The translations under genes were made by a program, and so were the position numbers. The notes beneath the pieces were generated by a model. That model did not search any database and was not told the origin of the DNA. It saw only the letters and a program-made list of their open reading frames with translations. DNA of 49,837 bases, filler included, from Sphacelaria rigidula (Eukaryota), in assembly GCA_964200075.2 (NCBI GenBank). It is 2 parts of 2 records of this genome, joined end to end, with 100 filler letters (N's around TTAATTAATTAA, not from the genome) between each part and the next. Parts side by side here need not be neighbours in the genome. Positions count along the whole stretch, not along the records: positions 1 to 24,878 come from CAXNAA020000187.1; 1 more part is not named here. One strand, given 5' to 3'. Below are positions 14,701-24,878 of the stretch, one piece after another. The number at the start of each line of letters is the position of its first letter. Position 1 is the stretch's first letter.

Positions 14701-17700
14701 GTGAGCGTCGGCGAGATCACTGCGAATGATTTATGGGAAATATACCGTCATCATTGCGCTAATTCTTGTTTTTTTCATCACCCCGCGAATTCGCCCGGCG
14801 TCACTTGTCCCTGAAAACATGTTCGAACGGCAGCATGAGATATCGGAGCAAGACCAGAACCAGAGCGTCACGTGACACGGTTAAATCCAGTGAACCACAG
14901 AGTGGTCAGGTTTGCGCGACAGAAACGCTGGGATATCCAAAACGTTCGATGCCCAACGCTCGAACATTTACCGCTGTGCGGTGCGTGTGGGTGTCGGCAC
15001 GGTCATTTGCGAATGATTGACTGAGGATGGCATACGCGTGAGACCACAATCGTGGTTGATGGTGTAGCACCGTCCTAGATAGAATTAGGTTCCTGTTCTA
15101 GGGGAGCATGAACACACCCCACCGCTTCCAACCCCTCGATCGAGAGGTGGTCGATGGCAATCCTGTGCGCGTTGAAGGCTGGTTATATCATCCTTCCAGT
15201 CCAGGTGTTGGGACTTGAAAGTACTCTTTCCGCAACGCTACTGGAACGCCACCCTGGGATAGGAATGCGTCTCACGTCTCACGCTCCTCACCTTCCATAA
15301 GATCCGCCTTCATCGCGGGCTTGTACTTCTTCGTGTTCATTACTGGGTATAGCTGGGACAAGCGCTCGGCACCGCAGTAGTATACCTTCCCGCTCTTTTT
15401 ATCCCTGAAATGTGGTGCGCAAACAGTGTCCAGTCAAACGTCAACAGTCGCGAGCCGTGAAGCAGACACACGGGGAATCGATGTCAGTCGTCTCAAACTA
15501 GTGCATCTCCCGTGGAAAATGAGCGTATCCCGACTTTTACTTGTGAAAACCACTCAGATGGCAATTGCGTTACTTGTAACCCGAGAGTGAAGAGCAGCTT
15601 GCGTTTCCATCGGCTCGGTACCATCGAGAGTTCAGGACGTCGAAAGACACGGCGCTCAAATACTACTCGGCGCTCAATTACTACACACAGCGGCATCGCC
15701 AAAGCGGCGTATCGCAGGAGATAGTACCGAGACAAGGAGGGAAGGCACGCATGTAAAACTCTTGGGCTAACGTAGGGGGAATAGTCCACATTAGTAAAAG
15801 TCGTACGCAGTCAAAATGATGGCCTTGGGCTCTCAATTGTAGTGCGACTGCGTGTTGATGTCGACCGTGGAGGCGGCATCTGTTCAATTTCAGGGGTATT
15901 TTCGACGGCCCTCCGGTCGTCGATATATCCGGTCAATATCATCATCCAACCCACAGGCCGAGTCGAGAGGTCTCAGCCACTATTGTTGGGTCCATAATGT
16001 TCCTCCCCGACAAACATCTTCTCCTGATGACACCTCTCGAGAGTTGAGTTCTTACAGCAAGACTATAAATTGGATTCGTATGTCGAGCGTGGTTCACAAA
16101 TCCGAGATATGGCGATGGAAGAAGAGCTGATAGAAGCTCTTCCTCTCACCGCCCTCAGGCTTGCTTGTTATGGCGCCCTCTGTTTCACCAGTTGCTTTTG
16201 GCCGCCTTGTGCGCCGCAAACGCCATTTCTCCGGGGCTGAGCACACGGCCGCCCCGGAGCTTTACGGGCGAGGCAGTGACTCTAATAGGCGGCCGAGTAC
16301 CGTTTCCCATGTTGGTTCCAACAGACCTCAAAGACGTATCCCGCCGTCGCATGAAGATCATATGAGGTGAACATAGGGAGAGAAAACTCTCACTGCATCA
16401 TTACATCAGCTCAGAGCTTGTTCACAAGCCATGGCGCTGTAATCTCGAACTATGGCGCCCTGCCAACTGGTCTCGGATGGCATGGCTGTCATATTGTTCA
16501 AGTGTTGACTAGATCCGGGAAGAACTTCCCAGAAAGAGCCCATCCCTTCGATTTCGTGCTCTTTTCAAAAAAGCTGTCAGATACACTCCCCATCATCAGA
16601 TACTCCATCATCAGATATGTATATGTACGCATGTTCCGTTCACACTAAGCACTCAGATTGTATGTCAAAAGTCTGAAACCCCCAAGCCCGATATCGAGCA
16701 GTGCGGGGATCCTTGACGTATATGACCTCAGCGTTCAATCTCACCTGAGCTTGATGTAGTCAAACTCTGCGTTGACACAAAGAGCCAGGTTAGAGGGTAA
16801 GGTCCACGGCGTTGTTGTCCAAGCCAACAAGCTCGTCTGCAAGCGTTGACGAGGAAAGCAAGGTGCGAAGAAAGGGCAAAGTCAAACACCAATGCTCGAG
16901 ATGAGCGCTAGTTGAAGGAAATGCCCATCGATTCTCAACGTTGTCGACGTGGAAGGGAGGTCGACCGCGCACGGCAGACGAGGGCGGTTCGAGATTACAT
17001 GAAAGAATTTGTTCGGGTAGTTTTCACCATCGAGGTACAGTCCGGTTCCGGCTACGAAGGACGGCTTTTCTGCAGTCCCTCGAGAAGATGGCCGCAAAAG
17101 GTTGCCATAGATTTATCTTCTATTCAGTATACAACACCTGAACGGCTTGTTTTCTCGCGTACATACGGGGGTACCGAATCCGACAACAGTATTTTTCCCG
17201 ACGTGGCAACACCATGGCTTTGCGTTTACCACCGACTGGTGCACCATGCTGCAGATATCGGGCGTGGTTTACACCCCTGAAATTAGACATGAAGGGCGAG
17301 TTAAGAAACCTCGAAGTCCCTCCACGTCGTCAGGTGTGCTTGTCATCGCGCTCGCTGTTCCAACAGTTTATCTCGGCCGCCTTGTGCGCCGCAAACGCCA
17401 TTTCCTCGAGGGTAAGCACACAGCAACCCCCGAGGCTTTACGGGCGAGGCAGTGACTCTAATAGGCGGCCAACCGTCAGGGTTAAACCCCAACAGGGATC
17501 TCGGGTTTTGTTCAAGGTTGTAAAACTAAACTGGAACGAAGAGTTTCAGACAAATTTGTTGTGACTGAACTGTGTCAAATCGTGACGTCGAGGTGTGACG
17601 GTACGGATGGTGGCTACCGTCACGGGGGAAGAGCTGCCGTGTTCTTCATTATAATGAAACAATGACCCAGAAGCAGATCAAACGGGGAACCCTGCGAGCA

Positions 17701-20700
17701 GTCTGTGTACCCAGTACCGACGTGAAAATTTGTGATGGTAATCAAGGATGGAAATTTCCACGAACTGTCGAAACGAAAGTTGGTGATTTCTAATTTGAAC
17801 GTCTTGCTCACACACGTGCCTTCCCGGTCTTCTTCAAAACGTACCTCCGGGTCGTCTTTGAGGGGAAAGGACACAACCACCGCGGGATCCGACACGTCCT
17901 TGTAGTTCAACCCTGCCTCGAAGTTACTGAGCGGTGTGGCGCAGGCCGTCGAGAAAGGCATGACCTTGTATCCGCGGTAGACGAGACCCTTCTCGTGCAG
18001 GGTCTTAAAAACCCACCACACGCTTTCCATAAACCAAGGGTCCTGTTTCCGGAAGCAAATCAAGCACATAATAATGAGACAAATTCAATATTTCCATATT
18101 TGACGGGTACAAGCGTATGTGAAGCTAGGTCAATTCATCGCCTCCTGAAAACGACACCCGGAAGAATTGGAAATCCTCCGGATCCTTGTCGTAGCCACCT
18201 CACCATGGTTTTGTAGTCGTTTTGGAAGTCGATCCACCGTCCCAAACGCTTGATCGTAACTTCCCACTCCTTCGAGTAGCGCGTCACGATGCTACGGCAG
18301 TGCTGGTTGTAGGTCTTGATTCCCATCTCAAGGACCTGGTCGCGGTGTTTGATGTTGAGCGCCTGATCGATCTCGTATTCCACCGGCAGACCGTGACAAT
18401 CCCAACCGGCTCGTCGAGAGACGTAGTGACCCGACTGGTGGGCGTATCGCGTCACGGCATCCTTGATGGTGCCTGGACATACAAGGGTTACCAACATTAC
18501 CCAACAGTTAGCTGCAGTTTCCCGGCCCATGCTGGAACTCAACGCCCTCGCATTCCTTTGGTTGATACGTCGAAAGTAGTACATCACGTACGCACGTCAT
18601 GAGTGACTGCACACATTTCGGAATAAAATGCGAATATCAACTGAAACCGCGGTGCTCGGAGAGGACGAGCCGCAGCCTCACAACAACGAGCGGAAAAAAG
18701 AGGCACACGCGCACTTCCGTGCATTCCGCAGTGGGGGGATTTGGGAGTATCACAATAGATGTGCTCCTGCGCGGTCTACATCTCTACAACACTGCTTGGT
18801 GTGAGGCTAGTAGGTTCACCCCCTGCGGAAAGAGCGGCGATCTGGTTCGCAGAAGTCACTCAAACGATTTCACATTTGCATGGCTACACTGGCTCGTTCA
18901 TATCCGACGGTCACTGCTCAAGTGAAGGTGATGCCAGCTCGGCATGGAGTCGACGTTGAGCATTCCACAGCCCACACAAAATGCATGCTCTCACGCACTC
19001 GCAGGTTTTACATTTAGTATTTCAAAACCACATCTATCGCTGACACACTGGCATCAACACCACGCAGGGTGATGTAAGATTGAACGGTTGGCCGACACTG
19101 GCGGATGACAGCAGATCTTCTCTGATTATCCTGGGCACGAAGCTGAGGGGCCACAGTTATGTTCGGTTTCACACGGAAGAATCTTACCGTGGGCGGCAAA
19201 AAAATGTGTGCCTTCCAGGACGAAGCGGACATGAGACGATAGCTCAGTTCAAACTTCCAGCCTGCTTAGAATGCGCACTGTGCGGAGACAACTTGAACGA
19301 ACACAGGCGGGATCGAGTTCCCGCAGCTACTGCGGCCCGTGTATACCATGACAGAAAACATACGTTTATTCGGACACCACGGCAGACTTTTACGCTCATC
19401 AGCCGTCATGGTACGGGGCCATTCCCGAGATATCAAGATTATTAAGGGACATTCGTGAACTGTTCATCCTAGACTAGTGTGCCATCGCCTCGGGGCAGCG
19501 CCAGCCTTGGGAATATCAAGAGGCGGGTCTGCACGGTAAGCAAAGGCATCCGCGTACCTGCCACCCGTCCCACCCGAAAATGGGCGGGACGAGGGAGGCG
19601 TCCACGGTCTTTCATGTTCCTGCGTTTTCAGAGTTGCGTTCACGGCGACGCCGGCTCCGTCCAAACAAAGTTTGACGAAGACAGCGGGCTAACGCAGCCT
19701 CAAGTTTCTGACAGGGTTTCGTTGAAACAATCATGGTACGCTCCCACGTGAATACACGCAGAAAGAGAACAAGACGATGCGGGTATGGCAGCTCCTGGAC
19801 GATCAAGGACTACAAACATTTCTCAGCATCCGTACACCCCTCCACCTAGATGACACCGTTTTTTTGCACGTTTTACGGATCATTAGCGATCCGTTCATAA
19901 AAGTAGTGCTGATCAGAAATTAAATGAGACGGATGATATGTAACAAGGTAATCTTCGGGGTTAAACATGTCTAGGTGACACCATCTCACCGGCGAGAATG
20001 TGCCCGTAATGGGGCAGCCCTGTGGCGAACGGTGGCCCATCGTAGAAGGTGAACTCCGGCCGTCCTTCACTGAGCCTCAAGGTCTCTTTAAACGTGCCAT
20101 TTTCCTCCCACGACGCCTTGTTTTTCATCGATCACGTGAAGAGAGTCCCAGTCATTTCTCAGAACACAAGAATTTTGTGGAGTTGATATATCGGGCTGCG
20201 ATGTGTCTACGGTTGATTTCACTTGGTTCGAGTGTAGACAGGCCAAAGCCGCATCTTCAGTGGGGCTGACAACGCCGTGGGCTCATGGGGAGCGCAGAAA
20301 GCAATTTCGTTCAAATCGGCGTCAACGCCGCACTTCGCCTGGGGAATCTCGTGCGTCTCCCTTGCCCGAGAGTACTTGGTACGCCTCCGGTTGGGGTTGG
20401 GGTTAAAGTCAACGATAGCTGTCAAATGTGTCAACCACGAAAGGACTGCAGCGGCGACGCCGGTTCCACCACCTCCATGAGTGAGTCAAAACGACAGGGC
20501 AATCAAGATCGAAATGCGGGAAAATCAGTCAGATTGCGAAACGAAAAGCGGACCCACCACGGACGAACTGGGGCTTCCATGTGCTGTTTATGCGTCTGGA
20601 GCAACAGCAAACACCTGATAAAACTGTTAGCTGATGTACGTGACGTTGGATGCGGTGAGATCGGTCAAGAAGGATAGCGAAAGGCGACAGAAACACCCAC

Positions 20701-21575
20701 TCGGACCACGAATAACTCATCCGAATATTTCACAGACCAAGCTGCGAGGCATTGATATCCGAGTTCCAGGTGGTATCGGTGCCACTTGTTCCACATACGT
20801 CATGGAGTTGAGCGGAGGGTGTAAGTAATTTTCAAGAGCGACCAAAGTGTGCCATCGCCTCGGGGCAGCGCCAGCCTTGTGATCGGTAATAGAGGCAAGT
20901 CTGCACGGTAAGCGAAGGCTTCCGCGTACCTGCCGCCCGTCCCGCTCGGTACGAGGGGGACGGGGGAGGCGTCCACGGGTTTTCATATTCCTGCGTTTTC
21001 AGAGTTGCATTCACGGCGACGCCGGCTTCGTTCAAACGGAGTTAGACACCGCCAGCGGGCTAATGCAGCCTCAAGTTTCCAACAGGTGTTTGCGAATTTT
21101 GCTACCCTCACATTCTACGAATTTTCGTCCGCGTAAAAAATCAACTCCACTGTACTTGATGGTGCGGGGGTATTGCAGTACACGCCTTGAAGACGTCACA
21201 AGGGTGCACGACTGACCCGACTGCCGGCACAGATGAGATAGACGACATGCGTAGGCAGAAACCGGGACAAACCTGATGGTTAACGTGAGACCCGTTCAAG
21301 TTTTCAGAGGCAGTAATGGAGGAAGAAACCGTTTATTAGAATGCAGGACAGCTGGCAGCAAGCGACTCTCATTGCACGTTGCCAAACCTTTCGATCCGAC
21401 AGAACTAGAGGCAACAGAACCCTCCCTTGTGCGCTCGAAAATATTTGCTCCGTTACGGACAAATGCGGGGAAATAGTGTTGCTACGGGACTGACAGCCAA
21501 TCTCCATTCTTGCCGACTCACCGCAATTTTCGCCTCTTCTGCTGAAAAGTTGATCGCACCCTCGATGTCCTCCAT
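2552..21575 (-). CDS. IARS1: Cytosolic isoleucine--tRNA ligase (class I aaRS), spliced gene of 24 coding exons, ~1169 aa
   Basis: Joined exons give [20 protein letters not shown] (HIGH motif), [21 protein letters not shown] and [16 protein letters not shown] (editing domain), [24 protein letters not shown] and [12 protein letters not shown] (KMSKS motif). All introns are GT-AG, phases match, total 3510 nt, stop TGA at 2552-2554. An alternative in-frame ATG at 21593 adds MKGIAF. Confidence 0.96.
3095..3313 (-). CDS. IARS1: IleRS exon 23
   Basis: [10 protein letters not shown]...RPCVSINK; cag|, |GTGAGC. Confidence 0.85.
3439..3528 (-). CDS. IARS1: IleRS exon 22
   Basis: [30 protein letters not shown]; cag|, |GTGAGA. 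Confidence 0.93.
4012..4161 (-). CDS. IARS1: IleRS exon 21
   Basis: [11 protein letters not shown]...[10 protein letters not shown]; cag|, |GTGACC. Confidence 0.9.
4346..4495 (-). CDS. IARS1: IleRS exon 20
   Basis: [27 protein letters not shown]...; cag|, |GTAACC. Confidence 0.91.
4781..4976 (-). CDS. IARS1: IleRS exon 19
   Basis: VDERTE...[16 protein letters not shown]...ELNAWE; cag|, |GTGAGG. Confidence 0.93.
5129..5324 (-). CDS. IARS1: IleRS exon 18
   Basis: LYCMYEVL...[10 protein letters not shown]...SVHML; cag|, |GTAATA. Confidence 0.94.
5558..8060. repeat. Intronic tandem array, ~330-bp period, about 7 diverged units plus a partial unit
   Basis: Core ...CCGTTATCAGCGGT.TTCCGCGT...AGAAGTCA...GCAAATCTTCA..GACCT recurs at ~5560, 5840, 6235, 6563, 6890, 7228, 7560 and partially at 7855. 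Confidence 0.9.
8216..8360 (-). CDS. IARS1: IleRS exon 17
   Basis: [18 protein letters not shown]...[15 protein letters not shown]; tag|, |GTATAA. Confidence 0.94.
8801..8917 (-). CDS. IARS1: IleRS exon 16
   Basis: ARRLE...[18 protein letters not shown]; aag|, |GTGTGT. Confidence 0.9.
9435..9604 (-). CDS. IARS1: IleRS exon 15
   Basis: [26 protein letters not shown]...FFVQQ; tag|, |GTGTGA. Confidence 0.95.
9917..10055 (-). CDS. IARS1: IleRS exon 14 (KMSKR motif)
   Basis: TRGWFYTL...[20 protein letters not shown]; cag|, |GTGAAA. Confidence 0.95.
10332..10454 (-). CDS. IARS1: IleRS exon 13
   Basis: [13 protein letters not shown]...[11 protein letters not shown]; cag|, |GTGTGT. Confidence 0.95.
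10705..10788 (-). CDS. IARS1: IleRS exon 12
   Basis: [28 protein letters not shown]; cag|, |GTGAGG. Confidence 0.94.
11273..11411 (-). CDS. IARS1: IleRS exon 11
   Basis: [22 protein letters not shown]...; cag|, |GTCAGG. Confidence 0.95.
11672..11827 (-). CDS. IARS1: IleRS exon 10
   Basis: [21 protein letters not shown]...KEKRFQNW; cag|, |GTGAGA. Confidence 0.95.
12536..12655 (-). CDS. IARS1: IleRS exon 9
   Basis: [19 protein letters not shown]...NYKHS; aag|, |GTGCGT. Confidence 0.92.
12849..12943 (-). CDS. IARS1: IleRS exon 8
   Basis: [12 protein letters not shown]...CPVDSNG; aag|, |GTGAGC. Confidence 0.93.
13403..13491 (-). ncRNA. Box C/D snoRNA, target unassigned, in IleRS intron 7
   Basis: 8-bp terminal stem GGGAACAG/CUGUUCCC directly flanks box C AUGAUGA and box D CUGA. 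Possible internal D' UUGA. 89 nt, sense to the host. Confidence 0.72.
13937..14079 (-). CDS. IARS1: IleRS exon 7
   Basis: [18 protein letters not shown]...[15 protein letters not shown]; cag|, |GTAAAC. Confidence 0.93.
14641..14760 (-). ncRNA. U14: U14 box C/D snoRNA in IleRS intron 6
   Basis: Terminal stem AGCGC/GCGCU, box C AUGAUGA, domain A CAUUCGCAGU (antisense to 18S ACUGCGAAUG), domain B UUCCUUGGAUGU directly before box D CUGA. These are the diagnostic U14 elements. Sense to the host gene. Confidence 0.93.
15292..15404 (-). CDS. IARS1: IleRS exon 6
   Basis: [20 protein letters not shown]...; cag|, |GTGAGG; phases fit both neighbours. Confidence 0.88.
16078..16294 (-). ncRNA. Long H/ACA snoRNA family 1, copy in intron 5
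   Basis: Hairpin closed by GGCCGCCU/AGGCGGCC, H box AAAGCA, second hairpin, ACA+3 nt. Paralog at 17253-17470 has compensatory stem changes. Confidence 0.75.
16745..16836 (-). CDS. IARS1: IleRS exon 5
   Basis: [22 protein letters not shown]; cag|, |GTGAGA. Confidence 0.95.
17253..17470 (-). ncRNA. Long H/ACA snoRNA family 1, copy in intron 4
   Basis: Same 5' hairpin and pocket, H box AGAUAA, 3' end GUAAACCACGCCCG-AUA-NNN (AUA variant of the ACA box). Confidence 0.72.
17845..18042 (-). CDS. IARS1: IleRS exon 4
   Basis: [13 protein letters not shown]...TPLSNFEA...DDPE; cag|, |GTACGT. Confidence 0.95.
18204..18472 (-). CDS. IARS1: IleRS exon 3
   Basis: [10 protein letters not shown]...[10 protein letters not shown]...NDYKTM; cag|, |GTGAGG. 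Confidence 0.95.
19475..19705 (-). ncRNA. Long three-hairpin H/ACA snoRNA family 2, copy in intron 2
   Basis: 5' hairpin, H box ACAUGA, internal hairpin, 3' hairpin with pocket ACCGU/CCCG 14 nt from ACA+3. Paralog at 20845-21076. Confidence 0.75.
19990..20116 (-). CDS. IARS1: IleRS exon 2 (HYGH motif)
   Basis: ASWEENGTF...[21 protein letters not shown]; aag| acceptor, |GTGAGA donor. Confidence 0.93.
20845..21076 (-). ncRNA. Long three-hairpin H/ACA snoRNA family 2, copy in intron 1
   Basis: Paralog of 19475-19705. H box AUAUGA, identical 3' pocket and ACA box, differences concentrated in apical stems and loops. Confidence 0.75.
21522..21575 (-). CDS. IARS1: IleRS exon 1 ([18 protein letters not shown])
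   Basis: ATG ... GCG|GTGAGT strong donor. Joins in frame to exon 2 (ASWEE) and resembles the F.EE..I..W N-terminus of IleRS. Confidence 0.8.
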
Positions 21576-24500
21576 GAATGCAATCCCCTTCATTTCACAT
21601 CAATATTCCGGGGCGGGAGGAAGAGGGAGGGAGGGGGGGGGGGGTATAACGACGCGGCGGTCAAGACGGGGTACACATGAGAACGACAGACACTTCAACT
21701 TCCGACGAAAATGGGGATATGATGACTAGGAGCTCATTAAAGAGGGGCCTTGCGCATGCATGCTCCCCTCTCGAGTGTGATGTCTGGTTCAACCTCAACA
21801 GGGGTCGCCAACTGATCATCATTAGGTCCACGACGTGGAGAATGGTTGTAGGAAGTACAGTGCCCATGACGGTCAGATCCCAGTGCCTATTCCAAGAGAT
21901 CTTGTATGTGCGGCATACGAAGGGATTCCGCGTTCGTTGCACCCCTCCGTAGTCACGCGTCAGATGAGAGACTCGGGCGGGGCTTGATTTCCAGTCCCTC
22001 AAGAGTGAGCCGCGACAGTTGTAGTGCAATTATGGAAACGAGGATATCGTATAGCACAACAGTGAGATGAGAAGGATACGGTGAGGCGAACACGGCTACG
22101 ATGAATTTCGACCGCAACAAGGGTGTTCCGCACCGTGGTTAATACGACAGAACTGTCAACAATGGGCTGGGCTGTACGGTAGAAGTTTGAAGTTTTGTTT
22201 CCGTGAAAATCTCTGGCTCCATCAAATCGAGTTGGAAACTCGGTGTACGCGCAGTGGGGTGGAGGTATTTTGAAGATTTTTTATTTCATTCATCTCATGC
22301 CTCACTCTCGTGCTGGAGGAAGGCGGCGGGCACACTTTCTTCTCCATACACGGGGCATTTTCCGTCAGGGCCTTTTCACTTGCGGCTCAGGGAGGATGGT
22401 CATAGAAACGACACGGAATCTTTCGACTTCGAAAGTTTTTTTTCCAACCAACTGCCATGTCTACCGTACTGGATGGAGTGGACAAGATCATTTCTCACGT
22501 GGGGGTTGGCAGGGTGCAGATTTACACTTCGTTGATGGACGTACCGACGGACGGTACAGTGAACGGCACAGTGGTGGCGACGTACAGGCGGCGAGATGGA
22601 GTTGTTTTTGTAGTAAAATCTTGGTGTTAGGAGGGCACATCAGCCGCCGATGCATGCATCGGTTGACGATCACATGCATCTCCCGATCAAGGATGTAGTG
22701 ATGAATCATGAACATCCACAGACGGGTCTGAGATACGCAACGTTTAGAACCGGTCTTCTTGGCACCCTGAGGCCGAAGGCAAGCGTGTGGACGTCCGCCG
22801 TTCAAGAGAAAAAAACACGGTACGCACAACTTGTACGCAATTTTCTTTTCACGTTTTGTCGGTAGGGTCGTGACGAAAGATGCGGCTAGGGTTTATGCTT
22901 GAATCATTTCCCCGAGTTGCGCGACACAGCTATTCACACCAACGCATCGCAAAAACGAGTACGTACTGCACGCCAACGTGCCGCACACACAAGGGCTAGT
23001 GGTGGTTGTGTTGCATTCGCAGTAGAGGGAAAAAACGAATAATTCGTGTTCGAAAGACTGGACACGATGACAAGACAAACATACGAATCGATCCTTGACC
23101 GACTCGACACGATTTTCGCCGGTGCACTATACCTTTCCTGCATGCTCTTCTTCCGCCATGTTGTAGCCCGTGATCCAATTCTCACCCACCACTTGCGATG
23201 CAGCACGGACTACCCAGCCGCTCGTGTCCAGTATGTACAGTGCGCAGACGGGGGTGGGCTTGTGCGTGAACAACAGACTAAATGCAGTTGATAAGACGCA
23301 TTGTAAAAGTCGTTCTTTAAATCCATTCGCATTTCTGTCATTATTTATGATTACTTAATTTTCCTTAGGATTTTCCCACCACGGAGGTTTGACACTCGCA
23401 GGTGCCTTTTCTTTCTAGAACTCCTCTCTTGGCAAATACTGGAGAGCGTAACTCATTAGATGGCGTTACTCTGATGTGATGTATACAGTGTTTGATTGGC
23501 ACCTTTAACCTTCCTTTCGATGACAGAATAATGGATACTGCAGGGTGGTGTGAACGAAACTCTACGGCTATCCTTTTGGATCTTGATTTTATCCAAAGCA
23601 ATTGCACTTCACTACATCGACCATAATCTACTCTGACTAAGAGCTTCAAGCCTATCGTAGAGTTTATTCTTTTTCCTGGCATAAATTACTGCACGCGATT
23701 TGATTGGACTTACGGACACTGCGGCCAACGGGACTACAATAGCCTGTAGTCAAATGTTATGAGGAAAATCAAGAAGAAGTGAGCCAGCCACAAGCGTCCA
23801 TCTCGACTAGCAGTTGGCTCTAGCTGTTCCAACATGGCTTCTTGGGTGGACGAGTCGCCGGAGGGAATCTCCGCCAACATTTCCATCACTAGTACCGATA
23901 AGTTCACCGTTCTAGATGCAGCTTCCCAGTTGCAAGCTACCAGTATAACCGACACCGGCGCAACAGTAGCGGATCGCGCTATGCCAGCAGCCAAAAGCAC
24001 TGCGGATAAGGGTAAGGGCAAGGGCAAATCCAAGGCTTCAGGCGCGACTGGAGGAGGTGGTGCTGCTAAATCACTTGCGGATGCTGCACCGGGGAAAAAA
24101 GGCAAGTTGTTGCACTGCCAAGCACCGGTACTGTGAACTGTAAATGTGCTGCTGCTGAAAAATTGCGCGAACGTTTTTAGGAACACTTTAGTTGTTTCTC
24201 CCTGAAGTGTAGGACTTGTGGTTGCCAGCAGCACGGCAACGCCGGTAGATACACCTGTCTGTGCGGAGCGCATGTGGGTACGGGCAGACGGATAACAGTG
24301 GTCATGCTAAACGAACGCGTTAAGCACCACAAGAGCGTAGTAGTTGAGCAAATCAAGAAGCAGCGAAGCTCAACCAATCGACACCTCAATCTTGAGCTGC
24401 TGTTGGCCGTGCTGCTATTAAATATTTACCGCAGCGCACAGCACAATCCATGGCGAGGATGATCCTGTAACTCCCCCTGTCTGCACTGTGGTTTTTTTAT

Positions 24501-24878
24501 TCGTCGCTGAGTGATTCGTCGCTCTGCACGAGGTTTCATGAGTTTTGCTAGACAAGGTTTTGACAATTGGTGCGTACTCGACTGCAGAGCGTGTGCTGTG
24601 GCATGTGGCACGTGCAGTATATTGCACAGAGATTCCGTTCCGTTACCTGGCATGCGGACGTCTATCTTATAATCGCGGTTGAACTTTGACCGGATTGGAT
24701 AATGTGCGACAGTCGAGCGATTGATCACTCAAATGTGCGGCTAGACTACCGAGTATTGCGAAGTAACTTGTTGCATTATACCATAGGTAACCGCGGATAA
24801 CTCCCCCCCCCCCCCCCCCCCCCCACAATTCTTCTAAAAAAAAAGTTTCCCCCCGCGAAACACCCGCAATCCCAAAAA

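Noticed and set aside
15886-15950. Extra C/D snoRNA in intron 5 (AUGAUGA...CUGA)
   Set aside because: Only ~60 nt, no terminal stem, no recognisable guide
16200-16294. Twister or HDV-like ribozyme
   Set aside because: CCGCCUA..CACUGCC is superficially twister-like, but the GGUCCCAAGCCC core is absent, and conservation extends through H and ACA boxes
19475-19705. T-box or TPP riboswitch in an IleRS intron
   Set aside because: GGGUGGCAGGUACGCGG lacks the UGGNACC T-box bulge and there are no TPP motifs; H/ACA features explain it better
20432-20478. Alternative IleRS first exon [13 protein letters not shown]
   Set aside because: No good in-phase donor; 21522-21575 has a consensus GTGAGT donor and IleRS-like sequence
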